50,200 nt of DNA from a virus (Duplodnaviria > Heunggongvirae > Uroviricota > Caudoviricetes), in the IMG/VR virus record IMGVR_UViG_3300021399_000001, positions 133,905 through 184,104 of that record; one strand, given 5' to 3'. The translations under genes and the position numbers were made by a program. This document shows, piece by piece, positions 33,730-46,000 of this stretch. Numbering within the stretch: the first letter of the stretch is position 1; each line of letters begins with the position of its first letter. A model generated the notes under the pieces. It did no database searches and had not been told where the DNA came from. It worked only from the letters and a program-made list of their open reading frames with translations.

Positions 33730-36700
33730 TCTAGTATCCTCCCTTGTTTAAGGTTATTAATATATGATTCAGCTTCTTCGCCATAATTTTGTTCCGGTAA
33801 CTTAAATGGTTCTTCCTCATATTTTTCAAGTCGTAATTGATCATAATCTCGTTGCTTAGCTTTTACTTCCCAACCAAATTTTAAATTAGGAGTACCCTGA
33901 ACTATAAAATAAGAGCCATAACGTTCTAGTATCCAACAATCTCCTTCGCCATATTTTTGAAGAGAAACTTGATATTGGTCTGTCGTAATAGTTCGTGCGA
34001 ATATCGGATCAAATGAAACATAGCAATATCCATCTTCTCCTATAATGCCTTCTCCTATGTCGCCAAACATCGGGGTTGGAGTTTCATAACAATATAATAA
34101 TCTATTAAAATATTGTTCCGTGTTAACAACGCGACTTTTACTACCAGTTACTACCGCTGAACCATTAATTGTAAAATTAGTCCCATTATTTAAATTTATA
34201 TATCCAAGTCCAAGTTTCATATGCCCCTGTTGCTGGCTATTTATATTTAAAAACCATTCGATATAATCCGGATAAATTGTAGTAATATTTTGTTGTACTT
34301 GATTTGCGCCATTAAGTTTTTTATTTACAGTAGTTATAAAATCTGTCCCTAATTTAGTATAATACTCATTAGGCTGTTCTAGTAAAATTCCATCAATTCC
34401 TATCTGAGTGTAACCATTTTCATTATTATTTTGATTGCTATGTTCAATTTTTATTTTATTAGAACTAATTTTAGTTTTACTAAGAGAATTAAATCCCGAT
34501 ATTTGATTGTTATAAGAATTTAATTCAATCCACCCTTCATTACTGATAGATAACTTAGCAACATTATTATCTGTTAAAAATCCTGTTAAAAAATTATTTA
34601 TAGAAACTTCTTGTCCACTAGAATCTTGAGCAGTTAAAATAGTTAAACCAGTAGCAACAATATTACCACGTAAGGTTAAATTTCCAGTATCTGGATCAGC
34701 ATAGAATGTGTCCTTTCCTTCATTATTTCTTAATGTTAATCCATTCCAAGAAATTTCTACTCGTTTTACAGTCCGTGTTAAAGGCTCAGAATAATTACTA
34801 TTATTTTTATTAAAAATTCTAGCGCCTTTTTCAGCTATTAAAAACAACCCTTCAGAATTTAAAGTCACGTATTGGTTTGGATCCAATTCTTTTTGCTGGT
34901 CTGTCAAATTATTAATAACAGTCTCAGCTGTGCTATTTTCACTAATATCATCTGTTAAAAATGATTTATAAGCAAATAATCCATCAGCATTCAACTGAAA
35001 TCTCTTCTGATCTCCCGCAAAAATACTAACATTATTAGTATCAATCTGACCTACCATAACATTTTTCATATTTATTCCTGCGGGCGTAATAAGAGTCTTC
35101 CAATTCCAATCAGTGCTTGATTCCAGAGTTGCCTCTGGCTCTGTCCCCAATAACCTTTTAGACATTAAGTTTCGTGTCGGTCCAGCAGTATTTGTAGAAT
35201 AATTAGTTACCTTTTTTGTAGCACCAAATAACCCGCCATCACGTAGCGCTAAAATACCTTCATCATTTTGAAATATAATACCATGTGCAGGATCAATACT
35301 AAAAGTAGTTTTACCATTTTTATAATTAGTTTGTAAATTATTTAAAACTGATTGCATAGCATTAGCTTGTAATGATCCATCTGCGGAAAAAGCATTAGAA
35401 ACAATTCCTGCCACATATGATTGTTTTTTCATTGCTTCTGTAGAAGCGACTATTTTTGTAAATAAATCTTCAAATTTAGTCTTATAATTTTTAATTTCTA
35501 TACTATCTTCCCAAGGTTTATCTAAATTTAAAGTTACTTCTGATACATAACCTTGAACATTTTCAAATTTAAGTTCAGGATCATTTATATGAACTATGCG
35601 ATTAAGCATACGATGCACTTGTAAAATATAATCTTTTTGTACCGCGGCGACATCTACTGAATATGATACTTGCGGTTGTGAACTATCTTTCATAACTTCA
35701 ATTGCGTCAAGATAAATAGAAACATTCGCATTAGATAGAGTATAAAGAATATCTAATTTTTTATCTAATCCGTTCTCTAATAGAGCCTTTGCATCTAAAG
35801 TAATATAATATCCTTCTTCGCCTTCATTAGTTCTAGTTAAAACTGAATAATCTTCATAGGCTTCTAATTTTTCCCCATTATATAATAAGGAAAGCTGATC
35901 AGTGCTATTTTTTACCGCTAATGAATCTATTTTTATTCGCGGATAAATAATATCATAATTATTCATCATTGACTCTTGAGTAATAAAAATATCTCCGTCT
36001 AAAATATTTGAAGCTATATAATCTTCTTCATTGACTTGTAATTGCACGTTTGCCCCTTCACCAATAACTTCTGTTTTTAAAATTCCAATAGCGCAATCAT
36101 ATTTTATACTATTTTCAAGTTCATTACAACCATCAATAATTGTTCGATCAGCTAAAGGTAAATTTTTAAATCCAGTAAGAAGTAATGCTGGTTTAATAGT
36201 ACCATCCGCGCGCGTTTTTAGAAAGACTAATTGAGCTTGCGAACCAGCCACCATACTTTTTTTAAATTTCGCTGATTTTTGTTCTTCACTAGCAATAAAA
36301 TCATAATAAATGAAAGCAATTTTATCCCATTCTATTTTTTCCTCTTGATTTAAAAGACTATCTAATAAAATACCTGGATAATATTGTTGATCTTGTTGTG
36401 TTCCAACTTCATAGTAAAGTTCTTGCTCTTCATCAAACAATTCTGTATCCCAAATATATGACGCTTTTTCAGTTTGTCCTTTTATTACTTCGCCTGTTTG
36501 ATTAATTTGAAAACTATCAGTATAAATATCTCCATAATCATTATAGTCTTCTGGTTGCCAATAACCCTCTCGTAAAGCAGGACCCATTAATAATTCAAAA
36601 TCTTTTATTAATTTTTCCTTTTCTTTTTGTTTTTCATCAATTGAATTTTGACATACTTCAATTTGAGAATTAATATCTTCTATTAACTGTTTTTGAGCTT

Positions 36701-38351
36701 TTTCTTTTTCTTGATTTTCAGCTAATATAGTAGCATAAGTGTCTACAACTGATTGATGATAGGTAGCTGGAGAATAATTATATATAGCATAACAAAAATT
36801 TGAATTACCATAATTAGATAAATTAGTAGCTTTTATCACATTACCAAACTCATCGTATTCAAATTTTCCTATATTAATTTGTCCACTTAATTGTTTGTTA
36901 ACAGCACTATATGTTGTATAAAGTTTAAAAGAGTCCACTTTAACGCCTTTTTCAGTAATATCAACATACCGAACACCATTTAAAGTTTTAATAAAAGGCT
37001 GACGAGGCATTAAGTTAGTTATTTCTATTGTGTCATCATCACCAGTTAAACTGTTAATATAGGCTAAACTTTCATCGTGAGTTTCTTGCGCTTTTATAAT
37101 ACTATTAGAATAAATAGTTAATTTAGCTTCTTCTTCTGGTAATTTACTTTCCAAAGTAATCAATTTATTTTGTAAAGGTATAATTACATTATTAAGTCTA
37201 TGCATTTCTTTTTCATATGTTTCAATATAATTATATGCTTCATCATCAATAGCACCAACCGCATGAACATAATCAAAATTTAACAAATAATCTTCCTTAC
37301 TCTTATTTGCTTCAACATCCATAATAGTGATTTTACCAGATTCAGACAAGTCATCATCCACAGCTTTAATATACATTTTAGTAACTAAATCAGTACAATC
37401 CATTTCGCGCGAAATAGAAGAAGTATGATATTTATAAGTAATATCTATAGGACCTTTATCTTCTTCTATAAAGTTATTATAAAAAATTACTCTGCGCGCG
37501 GTAATTCTATAATTTTTATCATGCTCATAAACATATTTACAATAAACTCCAAATTTTTCAGCTAAATCTTGAGTTAAGTTATATTTATTACTTTCCTCTA
37601 CTTCCATTGGACGCCATTTTTCTTTATATCCTTCCACCTGGCGTGGATATAAAGTATCATTTGAATCATTAAATTCCCAAGATGCAACATATTCATCTTC
37701 ATAAATTTTATTAGAATCACGCGGGACCATTGCTTTTCCATTAAATTGTGTATATGAAGACCAGTCCATTTCAATAGAATAATACCAAGTTGCCGCATCA
37801 ATAAACTCGTTGTCATCTGGATATGGCTCCATAAATTTATCTAGCCAATATTGTATATTTTCTTGCGGCTCATCTTCCTCTTTTCTTTCCTCATCTTCAA
37901 ACCATTCTCTATATTCCTCTTCAAAATCATCAGGTGATAATGAAATCTTATAGCCAGTTTTTCCTAGCTCATGAAATGCGAGGCCTTCGCACTCAACTTC
38001 ACAATATAATTCTCCTTTATCATGTTTTTCAGTTACTTTAATAATAAGAAATTCAAATACATCTTCATATTCAGTATTCTTATTTAAAATAACTTTTATT
38101 TTACGCATATTCGCTATTAAAGCGCCATGTTTATAGCTATACCAACTAGGATTTTCAATTCTATTAACACCATCATAAATATACATAGGAATAGAAAAAG
38201 ATAATTCTTGCGTGCCATCAACATTAAGTTTTAATTCGCCTTCTTCTGTTTGTCCTTTTCTCTGTATATTAGCCGCCTTCAGGACGGTAATAAAATCGTC
38301 CTGAAGGGTCCAAACAGAGATTTCATAGTTCCGAACTTCTTCTTGAACCAT
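33726..38351 (-). CDS. minor tail protein (Tal/baseplate-hub-like, with a C-terminal receptor-binding/chaperone-like region)
   Basis: Follows Dit-like and TMP genes. N-terminal hub-like region (ELSFSIPMY...FEFLIIKVTE...VECEGLAF), coiled coils, and a C-terminal LYCYETPTPMFGDIGEG...YQV...FGWEVKAKQ domain typical of Firmicutes phage tail proteins. Confidence 0.75.
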   Translation of the reverse strand: MVQEEVRNYEISVWTLQDDFITVLKAANIQRKGQTEEGELKLNVDGTQELSFSIPMYIYDGVNRIENPSWYSYKHGALIANMRKIKVILNKNTEYEDVFEFLIIKVTEKHDKGELYCEVECEGLAFHELGKTGYKISLSPDDFEEEYREWFEDEERKEEDEPQENIQYWLDKFMEPYPDDNEFIDAATWYYSIEMDWSSYTQFNGKAMVPRDSNKIYEDEYVASWEFNDSNDTLYPRQVEGYKEKWRPMEVEESNKYNLTQDLAEKFGVYCKYVYEHDKNYRITARRVIFYNNFIEEDKGPIDITYKYHTSSISREMDCTDLVTKMYIKAVDDDLSESGKITIMDVEANKSKEDYLLNFDYVHAVGAIDDEAYNYIETYEKEMHRLNNVIIPLQNKLITLESKLPEEEAKLTIYSNSIIKAQETHDESLAYINSLTGDDDTIEITNLMPRQPFIKTLNGVRYVDITEKGVKVDSFKLYTTYSAVNKQLSGQINIGKFEYDEFGNVIKATNLSNYGNSNFCYAIYNYSPATYHQSVVDTYATILAENQEKEKAQKQLIEDINSQIEVCQNSIDEKQKEKEKLIKDFELLMGPALREGYWQPEDYNDYGDIYTDSFQINQTGEVIKGQTEKASYIWDTELFDEEQELYYEVGTQQDQQYYPGILLDSLLNQEEKIEWDKIAFIYYDFIASEEQKSAKFKKSMVAGSQAQLVFLKTRADGTIKPALLLTGFKNLPLADRTIIDGCNELENSIKYDCAIGILKTEVIGEGANVQLQVNEEDYIASNILDGDIFITQESMMNNYDIIYPRIKIDSLAVKNSTDQLSLLYNGEKLEAYEDYSVLTRTNEGEEGYYITLDAKALLENGLDKKLDILYTLSNANVSIYLDAIEVMKDSSQPQVSYSVDVAAVQKDYILQVHRMLNRIVHINDPELKFENVQGYVSEVTLNLDKPWEDSIEIKNYKTKFEDLFTKIVASTEAMKKQSYVAGIVSNAFSADGSLQANAMQSVLNNLQTNYKNGKTTFSIDPAHGIIFQNDEGILALRDGGLFGATKKVTNYSTNTAGPTRNLMSKRLLGTEPEATLESSTDWNWKTLITPAGINMKNVMVGQIDTNNVSIFAGDQKRFQLNADGLFAYKSFLTDDISENSTAETVINNLTDQQKELDPNQYVTLNSEGLFLIAEKGARIFNKNNSNYSEPLTRTVKRVEISWNGLTLRNNEGKDTFYADPDTGNLTLRGNIVATGLTILTAQDSSGQEVSINNFLTGFLTDNNVAKLSISNEGWIELNSYNNQISGFNSLSKTKISSNKIKIEHSNQNNNENGYTQIGIDGILLEQPNEYYTKLGTDFITTVNKKLNGANQVQQNITTIYPDYIEWFLNINSQQQGHMKLGLGYINLNNGTNFTINGSAVVTGSKSRVVNTEQYFNRLLYCYETPTPMFGDIGEGIIGEDGYCYVSFDPIFARTITTDQYQVSLQKYGEGDCWILERYGSYFIVQGTPNLKFGWEVKAKQRDYDQLRLEKYEEEPFKLPEQNYGEEAESYINNLKQGRILE

Positions 38352-38372
38352 TCTATCTCCCTCCTTTAACTC

Positions 38373-40070
38373 TTAATAATACATATATTTATAATTAACT
38401 TTGAAATTTTTTAACCCATTTTCTGCATCAGTCCAAATTTTATAGCTAGAATTTGGATGAGACTCATCCCAAGGTTGTATCTCTCCGTTATTGTTTAATT
38501 CATTTTTATCCTTTAATTTTAAGTAGGCAGAACGAAACATATCTCCAGCATCTTCCACCCTACTTTCATCAGGTTTACCAAAAAAATAAAAACTATGTGT
38601 ATCTTGAGGTATCATTTTTCCAGAGTGAGATAAAGTAGTTTGTGGAGCACTATCAGCTGTGTCGCCTTCATTTCCTACTTGATATTTATCATCGCTTTGT
38701 TCTTCATTTTCATATACCAAAGAGCGCTCAATATCTCGATCATTTTCATCCGGAGTTATATCATCATTTGTAAAACTTCTATAACCACCATTGCATGAAG
38801 CTAAACCAGTTTTAGAATCTACTTCTACTGTCATAGAGGAAATATCAGCTTCATTTTCATCATATAAAAAGAATTTCATTCTTTCTTTTGCTTGTTCTAA
38901 TTTATTACTATCCATTATCATTGAGGTATCTTTATTACCAATAGTATCTATTGTCATTAAAGCCCATGCGCGCGCATGCTTGTCTGTAATATTATCTCTT
39001 AATAATCGTCTTAATTCAACATAACTAATATCAGCCTTTACGGTATTAAAAATTCTTATAGCTTGATTATATCCCACATAAGGCCCAGGTAATGAATAAA
39101 GAAGCTCATACTTATTAATACTTTCAAATATAATTTTATCATAAGGCACATCGTCTATTCCAGTATTAGTAAAACTATTTTTAGGACTAGAAATATATCC
39201 ATCATCATTTACAATTGGAGTAAATGTAAATGAAATTTTTGGTTCTACTGGCGCATTGCCTGGATAATATAAATATTGCAATTGTTTTTCATTTAATGTT
39301 AATCCTTCATTTTCCTTTATTTCATTATTAGAATAAATTTTATTATCTCCTATCATAATTTGAGTCGAAAACATCTCTTTTACTGGTACTCCATCTTCCG
39401 CAATAATTTTAATAGCATCTTTACTTTCTAATGTGGCAACAGAATTATTATTAGCATCTATAAAAGTAGAATCAAAGTACTGCTCTTTAGAATACCAAAA
39501 TGGTTCATCCATTACAAAACGAATATTAATTTCACCTTTATAAATTGTAGTGCTTGTCTCATATTCTTGTCCTAAAATATTAATACTTGCTTTTTCTTCA
39601 AAAGGCAAAACATTAATATTTACTGGCTCTCCAATTCTAGCTATAATGCCTCTATTTGGATGCTCTGATAATACTAATTCAGCCATATGCCCCGCGCTGA
39701 ACCAATGCCTAAAATCATCTAATTCTTTTTGCGTAATTCTATCTGTAGCTAAAATAAAACTCAATTCATTAGCATTATAATGTGTTCCCCAATAAAATTG
39801 TCCATCAGCTACATCGTATGTAGATACTAAATCTTCAAAATTTGCTGAGCCAGCTCGCTGCATTCTATCTCCATCTATCGTGGCGACTAATCCCCAATCA
39901 TCTATCCATCGTCCTCCGAAAGAAAAGCTTATAAAAGAACGATTCATATAACTGGTATGGCTCCAACTAGTGTTGCCACTAGTTGGAGCAATATGTGTTG
40001 CCATATATCCTTGTGAATGCGGAGCGTATACTGGAGATAAGGTCTCCTGTCCTATAAGTTCATTTGCCAT
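38373..40070 (-). CDS. distal tail (Dit)-like protein
   Basis: Lies between TMP and Tal. SFSFGG...DG.FYWGTHY...LSF.LATD...FRHWF...ELVL...F.M.EPFWYS pattern. Confidence 0.7.
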   Translation of the reverse strand: MANELIGQETLSPVYAPHSQGYMATHIAPTSGNTSWSHTSYMNRSFISFSFGGRWIDDWGLVATIDGDRMQRAGSANFEDLVSTYDVADGQFYWGTHYNANELSFILATDRITQKELDDFRHWFSAGHMAELVLSEHPNRGIIARIGEPVNINVLPFEEKASINILGQEYETSTTIYKGEINIRFVMDEPFWYSKEQYFDSTFIDANNNSVATLESKDAIKIIAEDGVPVKEMFSTQIMIGDNKIYSNNEIKENEGLTLNEKQLQYLYYPGNAPVEPKISFTFTPIVNDDGYISSPKNSFTNTGIDDVPYDKIIFESINKYELLYSLPGPYVGYNQAIRIFNTVKADISYVELRRLLRDNITDKHARAWALMTIDTIGNKDTSMIMDSNKLEQAKERMKFFLYDENEADISSMTVEVDSKTGLASCNGGYRSFTNDDITPDENDRDIERSLVYENEEQSDDKYQVGNEGDTADSAPQTTLSHSGKMIPQDTHSFYFFGKPDESRVEDAGDMFRSAYLKLKDKNELNNNGEIQPWDESHPNSSYKIWTDAENGLKNFKVNYKYMYY

Positions 40071-40076
40071 ACTCCA

Positions 40077-43000
40077 TTACCTCCTTGTTATCGCGCGAGT
40101 ACCGCTTTTATTTGCAATTTTAAGCATTTCAGCCATAACTTCTTGTCCTGCGCGATGTGCACCATAATCATCATTAATTTGAGATATATTCATATTTACT
40201 TCTGCTTTCTCAATTATTACAGATTCATTAGAATTATTAGAAATATTATTAACAACCTGTTCTCTAAATTCATCCCAGCCTGCGCGCAAATTATCTATTG
40301 ATGCAGTTGCCAATTCAGTATTAAATAAGCCTTTTTTAAGTGAAGCAGTTTGTTCTGCGTTTAAGAACGCTTCAGGTTTCTTTTTAGTGCCATCAACCCA
40401 AGCCGGTCCAGTGAAATCTACTAAGCCACCTTTTTTAAATTGAATACCAGTAAAGGATCCCTTTGGATTAAGTATTGTTTTTTGATAACTAGACTTTTTA
40501 AATTTGCTTTGTGGGACATAATACTCTTTTCCATTATATCTAATTTGGACCATTGCTCCTAATTTTTTATTTTTACCAGCATTATCTTTAATAATTTCAA
40601 CGCGTTCATTCTTTTTGTTAGCCAAATTGCCAGCCTTTTTTGTAGAACTTACTTTACTATAATATGGAACTTTTGCTGAAGATAATTCAGCTGACCAAAC
40701 AGAAGTTGGCTGTGTAGGGGTCGGAGTTGATTTAACTGTTCCAGAAGATTGTTGTGCATTAGAAGAATTATTTCCATCCTTAGAAGGGAATAATTGTGCT
40801 CGTTTTATTTCTGCCGCATTTCCTGCGCTTTGAGCATTTTTAGTAGTATCATAATTGTTATAAAAGCTTTCTCTTATATCATTACGAGCCTGTGCATTTT
40901 CATCCTTTTCTAATTCTGGATGCTGCGCTAAATATGATTTCCACGCAGTAGCCTTTTCATTTTCTAATCCACGATCACTATCAAACATTTGAGCAGATTG
41001 TAATAAATCAGTCCAATATTTTTGATATTCAGTAGCTCCCATACTTTGTGCGCTTTCATCGTACCGCGCAACAAAATCAGCAATTGCTACAGCATCTTGA
41101 CTCATAATCTGACTGACTTCGTCCCATAATAATCCATTCTTTTTTTGATATTCCAATGTTTCTGTCATTATATCAATTTGAGCATCAAGCCTTTCGATTT
41201 GTAAATCAGATGCTTCTTGTATAGCATTTATTTGATCTTCTTGAGAGGTAAAATAAGAATCCCTTTGTTTTTGATTTATTTGATCTTGTAAACTACGAAT
41301 TTGAGAAGCAGAACCGCCCGAACGTTGTAAAATCGCTAATTGACGCTGCAATTTATTTAATTCTTGAGAATCTTGATTACGTTGATATAAATCACGTTCT
41401 TTTTGTAAAGAATCATTTAATCCATCTAAGAATTTTTGATTAGCTTTTTCTAAAGCGTCTCGTTCATCTTGAGCGTCATCTATTCGTTGCTGCTCACGCG
41501 CAACAATAGCATCAAGGACTTTATTTTCTAGCTCGATTTGATTATCACGTATTTTATCAAGAATTTCATTCATTTTAGATTCAAGTTCAATAATCTTTTG
41601 ATTTGCTTCATCTATAGCTTCTTGATGGCTATCAATTTCATCCATTTTAGATTGAACCATATTGAAGAAATTTTCAACCATAGAAACCTTAAGATCATTT
41701 TCTTCTTGTTTTGTTAACTTTTTACCAGTTTGGGCATTTACATATTTACCTTTTTTATTTTTAGTAGCTAACATAGAGCCATCATCATTTACTAGAAAAT
41801 CATCAACATTAAAACCTAAACTAGCTATATATGATAATTGTTGAGCAGCATTTTTTACGGGTCTGCCTTTTTCATCTCGTCTATTTAATTCTTCTAAAAT
41901 ATCTAAGCCTAAACGACTATTGGGCGCATCATTACCCCTATATGTTAATAATTTTGTATCGGAGTTATATTCAAAAATGTCCCATAATGGATTATGTTGG
42001 CCATTACTGTATGTTTTTTTATTAACTTTTGCTCCTTGTTTATCAACCCACATTTGCTGTAAATCAAGTGTTTTTTGCTGTAATGTAATTTCATCTCTTA
42101 AATTTTTTAAATTTTGCTTATAACTGCTCATGATTTTTTGGCCATTAGCAATTCTATCATTAAGCATTTCATTTTGTTTAGCATCTTCTAATGATATATC
42201 TTGCTCTAGCCTATAAATCTTCCTAAGCCATGTATACCAACGTTCAATTTCTTCCGCGGCAGATGATGGATTTAGGCGGTCTTCATCACCGCCGCCTCCA
42301 CCGCCGCCTCCTCCGCCACCGCCACTTCCAGCGAGCGCGCCAAGGTCTTTAGCAGAAGCTCCGAGCATACTTTGCCACATTGCTCTAATTTGTTTTAAAG
42401 CGGCTAAAGCAGCAGCGGCACTAGCCATTGCGGGACCAGAAATATTACCAGTAGCAAAAGCAAGAGCAGCGTTTTCAGATTTTACTGGAGTACCACGGCT
42501 TCCACCTGTTGTAGCTTTTTTACTACCTAATAAACGACGAGTTTGTTTGTGGTTAAATACAATGGCATCATCAGGCAAATCAACAAATTCAGCGCCATTA
42601 TTACCTACTGTATAATAGCGACCACCAGATACTACTAATTCTGGGCCAAGCTCTCCCATAAGCGTTTTTCGGCCTTTTGCTAGGGCTACATTACCTTTTG
42701 CTTTAACAGCATAATCAATGTGAGGATTAAATTTTTGTACTCCAGAAGGGGTCGTAGTGACTCCCTTAACAGTTCCTGGGCCAGTAACGCTATTTATCTC
42801 TACATCTATTTTTGCTTTTAAAGTAATTCCATTTGTTGGAGTATTTACATTAACAGTAACAGTCTTATCTTTTAATTTATTAATAGCATCAGCAGTATTT
42901 CTAACCGCTTGTGCTTTATCAGTAGGAATTGCTCCAATGGCACCAGATAATAAACTAATAGCAGAAGTACCACTACTTAAAGCGCTATTTAAATTTGATA

Positions 43001-46000
43001 TTGCATTAGTAATACCAGAAACATCTAAATCACCAGTTTCTCCATCATTATTATTATTTCCACCAGAACTCGCACTAGCAATATTTACAGGACTACCACT
43101 AACATTAATAGCACCAGAAGTAGTAATGGAAGAAATATTAGAGTTATTATTTTCTTCTCCTTTTTCACCGCCAGTGTTACCAGTATTGATAGAAGCACCG
43201 CTTGCGTCAATTGTAGCACCAGTAGCTTCAACCTTTTCAGCCTTTACACCTTCTAATTTAATAGGTTGATTCGTATTACCGTATTGTGTGGGTTTATCAT
43301 GGCCGGTAATGCCAGTATCACGATCATGAGGATTTCTTCCACCTTCACCGTCATCCCCACCATTACCGCCATTCTGCGCATTAGTAATAGCGCGAATGCC
43401 GGCAACAATAGTATCCCAAGGAATAGCTTTTAATCTTTCACCTTGCGTTGCAACTTGACCTAACGCAGACGCAACTTCAGGAAGTTGACCGGGAGTAATT
43501 TCAGTAAGACCACTTAAGCCTTCTGTTATGCCACTCATTATAGCCTTACCAATTGCTGTTCCATTTTCTCCAGTAAGGGCATTAGTAATACCAACAGTAA
43601 TATTATCAACTAAATTACTGTCAACACCCAATGACGCTTTAATGGCTCTTAACATTGTTTCTGCGGGAGATTCGCCATCTACGGTATCAATCTCAATATC
43701 GCCAACACCCTCTAAATGAACTTTAGTTCTACCATTACCCATATCAACTACAATATTATCTTCGCCATTATCTTGTATATATTGTTCTAAACCTTCTTTT
43801 CCTTTGTCTAAAAATTCTTGCAATTTACTTTTAATTTGAGGATTATTTTGAGGATTAAGAGTATCGCCTTCAGGACTAGTAAAATTAACTTCGCCTTGAC
43901 GAACAGTAACATTATAATGTTGATACATAAACATTTCATAAGTATATTCTTTTTTAGCTTGTTCAGGTGTATATGCTTCCCCTTGTTGAGCTTTTTCTTC
44001 TATTAATTTACCTATAATTTGCTCATAGGCTGCTTTTTGTAATTCATCAAGAGTTTTATATGTTCCTGCTACACCATCTTCACTATATTCCATATCACCG
44101 TTTTTATTTCGTTTAACTTTTACTTTAGTATTTTCTGTATATATTATTTCAGTTGTAACAGAGCCATCTTCATTTATAACAATATTTTCAATCTCTTGAT
44201 TAGTTAAATCAGCCAATGCTGCGGCATTTAAAGCGTTTTCATAGCCAGTTTTATCTTTATCTTTACTAGTATATGTTTTACCATCAGGGCCAACCACTTG
44301 TTTTACACCATTTTTTAAAGTTATTTTATCATTTAATAATAAAACAGATTCAATGTTTAATGGTTCTCCATCTTCGGTTATACTATTACCAGCATAATAA
44401 GCATTTAATTGTTTTTGTAATTCATCTTTCGCTTCTTGTGTATAACCATCTTTTCCTTTTTTATTACCTAAAGCATCCATTGCAGCTTTAGTAGAATCAG
44501 AAGTCCAATCAATTTCATATACTTGATTTCCACTTACTCCAATAGTATAGTCTCCTATATCTATTGTAGTTCCTTCCATTAGCCCTAATTCAGAAAGCGT
44601 TTGCCATACGCTACTTTCTATATTATCTAAATTAAAATCACCGTTTTTCGCAGCATTTACAAAGCCATTTAAAATATTAAAGTATGTTTCTGGATCTAGT
44701 CCCTTTAACTTCTCGCCATCTTTTAATATACTATATAAAGTATTACCATTTATTCTAATATTATTTAATGCTTTTGTTAAATCTTCATTATCTTTACTAT
44801 CTGCTAATTCAAGTAAATCAGTACGCCATTTATCGTATTCTGCTGTAAATTTATTAATTGTGCTACCATTATCATCGCCTATATAAGCCTCGAATATATC
44901 TCCAATACTGAATCCAACAACATCATCAACATTTATATCGCCAAGCTTTTCCATAGCAACAATAGCTTCAAGCATCTGTATAGCAGCATCAAGCATAGCA
45001 ATTTGACCACGAGCCATTTCATGAACTCCATCTTCAATACCAGATTTCATATCGGCAGCGCCAACTTGCATATCAAGCCCTATATTGCCTAAAGCAATCT
45101 TTGCTCCTTCGCCATCAACATTTTTTAATGCACCCATACCAGCTTCAATTAATTCAGCAGCACGTTGTTCTGCATTAGAAGCATTCATGCCCATCCATTC
45201 AAGATTATTAGAACTCATTTGTACAAGATTAGCCATTTCATTAATAATATTAACATAATCTTGTACTTCCATATATCCTGTTTTTCCAGCGGTATTAATT
45301 GCTTTATATGCTTTTCCAACGGAATCCCAATAATTTAGTGGGCCTTGTAAACTATCGGGTAATTTGCGGTCCATAAAATTAAATTGGTCTGGATCTGCAG
45401 ATTGAGTTGTAGCAATTTTATTCAAAAGTCCTAATTGCTCTCGTAATTTAGAATTCTGTGCTTCTAAATTTTGAATACGCTCATTAGAATCATCCGCACC
45501 ATAATGACGAGCTAACGCTATTTCATTCTCATTTTGTGCCAATTCTTTTTGCAATTTAGCCATCTCAGCCATAGTATCTGATATATGTTCATATTGACCG
45601 CCAGTATCAGAACTTAAAGATTCAACTAATTGATCAAACACTAAATTGCCTTGAATTGAATCTATTTGAGACAATACGTTATATAATTCAATAGCGCTAT
45701 TAGTAGCTAATTTTAATCCTTCAACAGTAGGAGTAAAATCTAATTCGCCAACTCCCTGCTGATTAGCCCATTCTTGTAATGATTCAGCTTGAACATTAGT
45801 TAATGTGCCTTGAATACCACCACTAATTAAGTCAGTATATCCTTTTAACACATTAGTTAAAACATCAGCCAATTCAGCCATTTCACCACTTAATAAACCG
45901 CCATACTGTTGTGCGGCATTAGAAATTTCTTGAATTATAGCTGGTAGATTAGCATCCGCGCCAATAGTTAAAATACCATCTTGTAATTCAGCACCATATT

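Noticed and set aside
33726-34200. Tail C-terminus as a DGR variable region
   Set aside because: No adenine-mismatched template repeat and no reverse transcriptase in this window. It cannot be excluded elsewhere in the genome.
42286-42330. ccgccgcct/ccaccg repeats
   Set aside because: These encode a poly-Gly linker in the TMP, which is ordinary low complexity.
36031-44491. Plus-strand ORFs within the tail genes (e.g. 42757..43269, 170 aa)
   Set aside because: Antisense shadows of Tal, Dit and TMP, with no RBS or promoter support.
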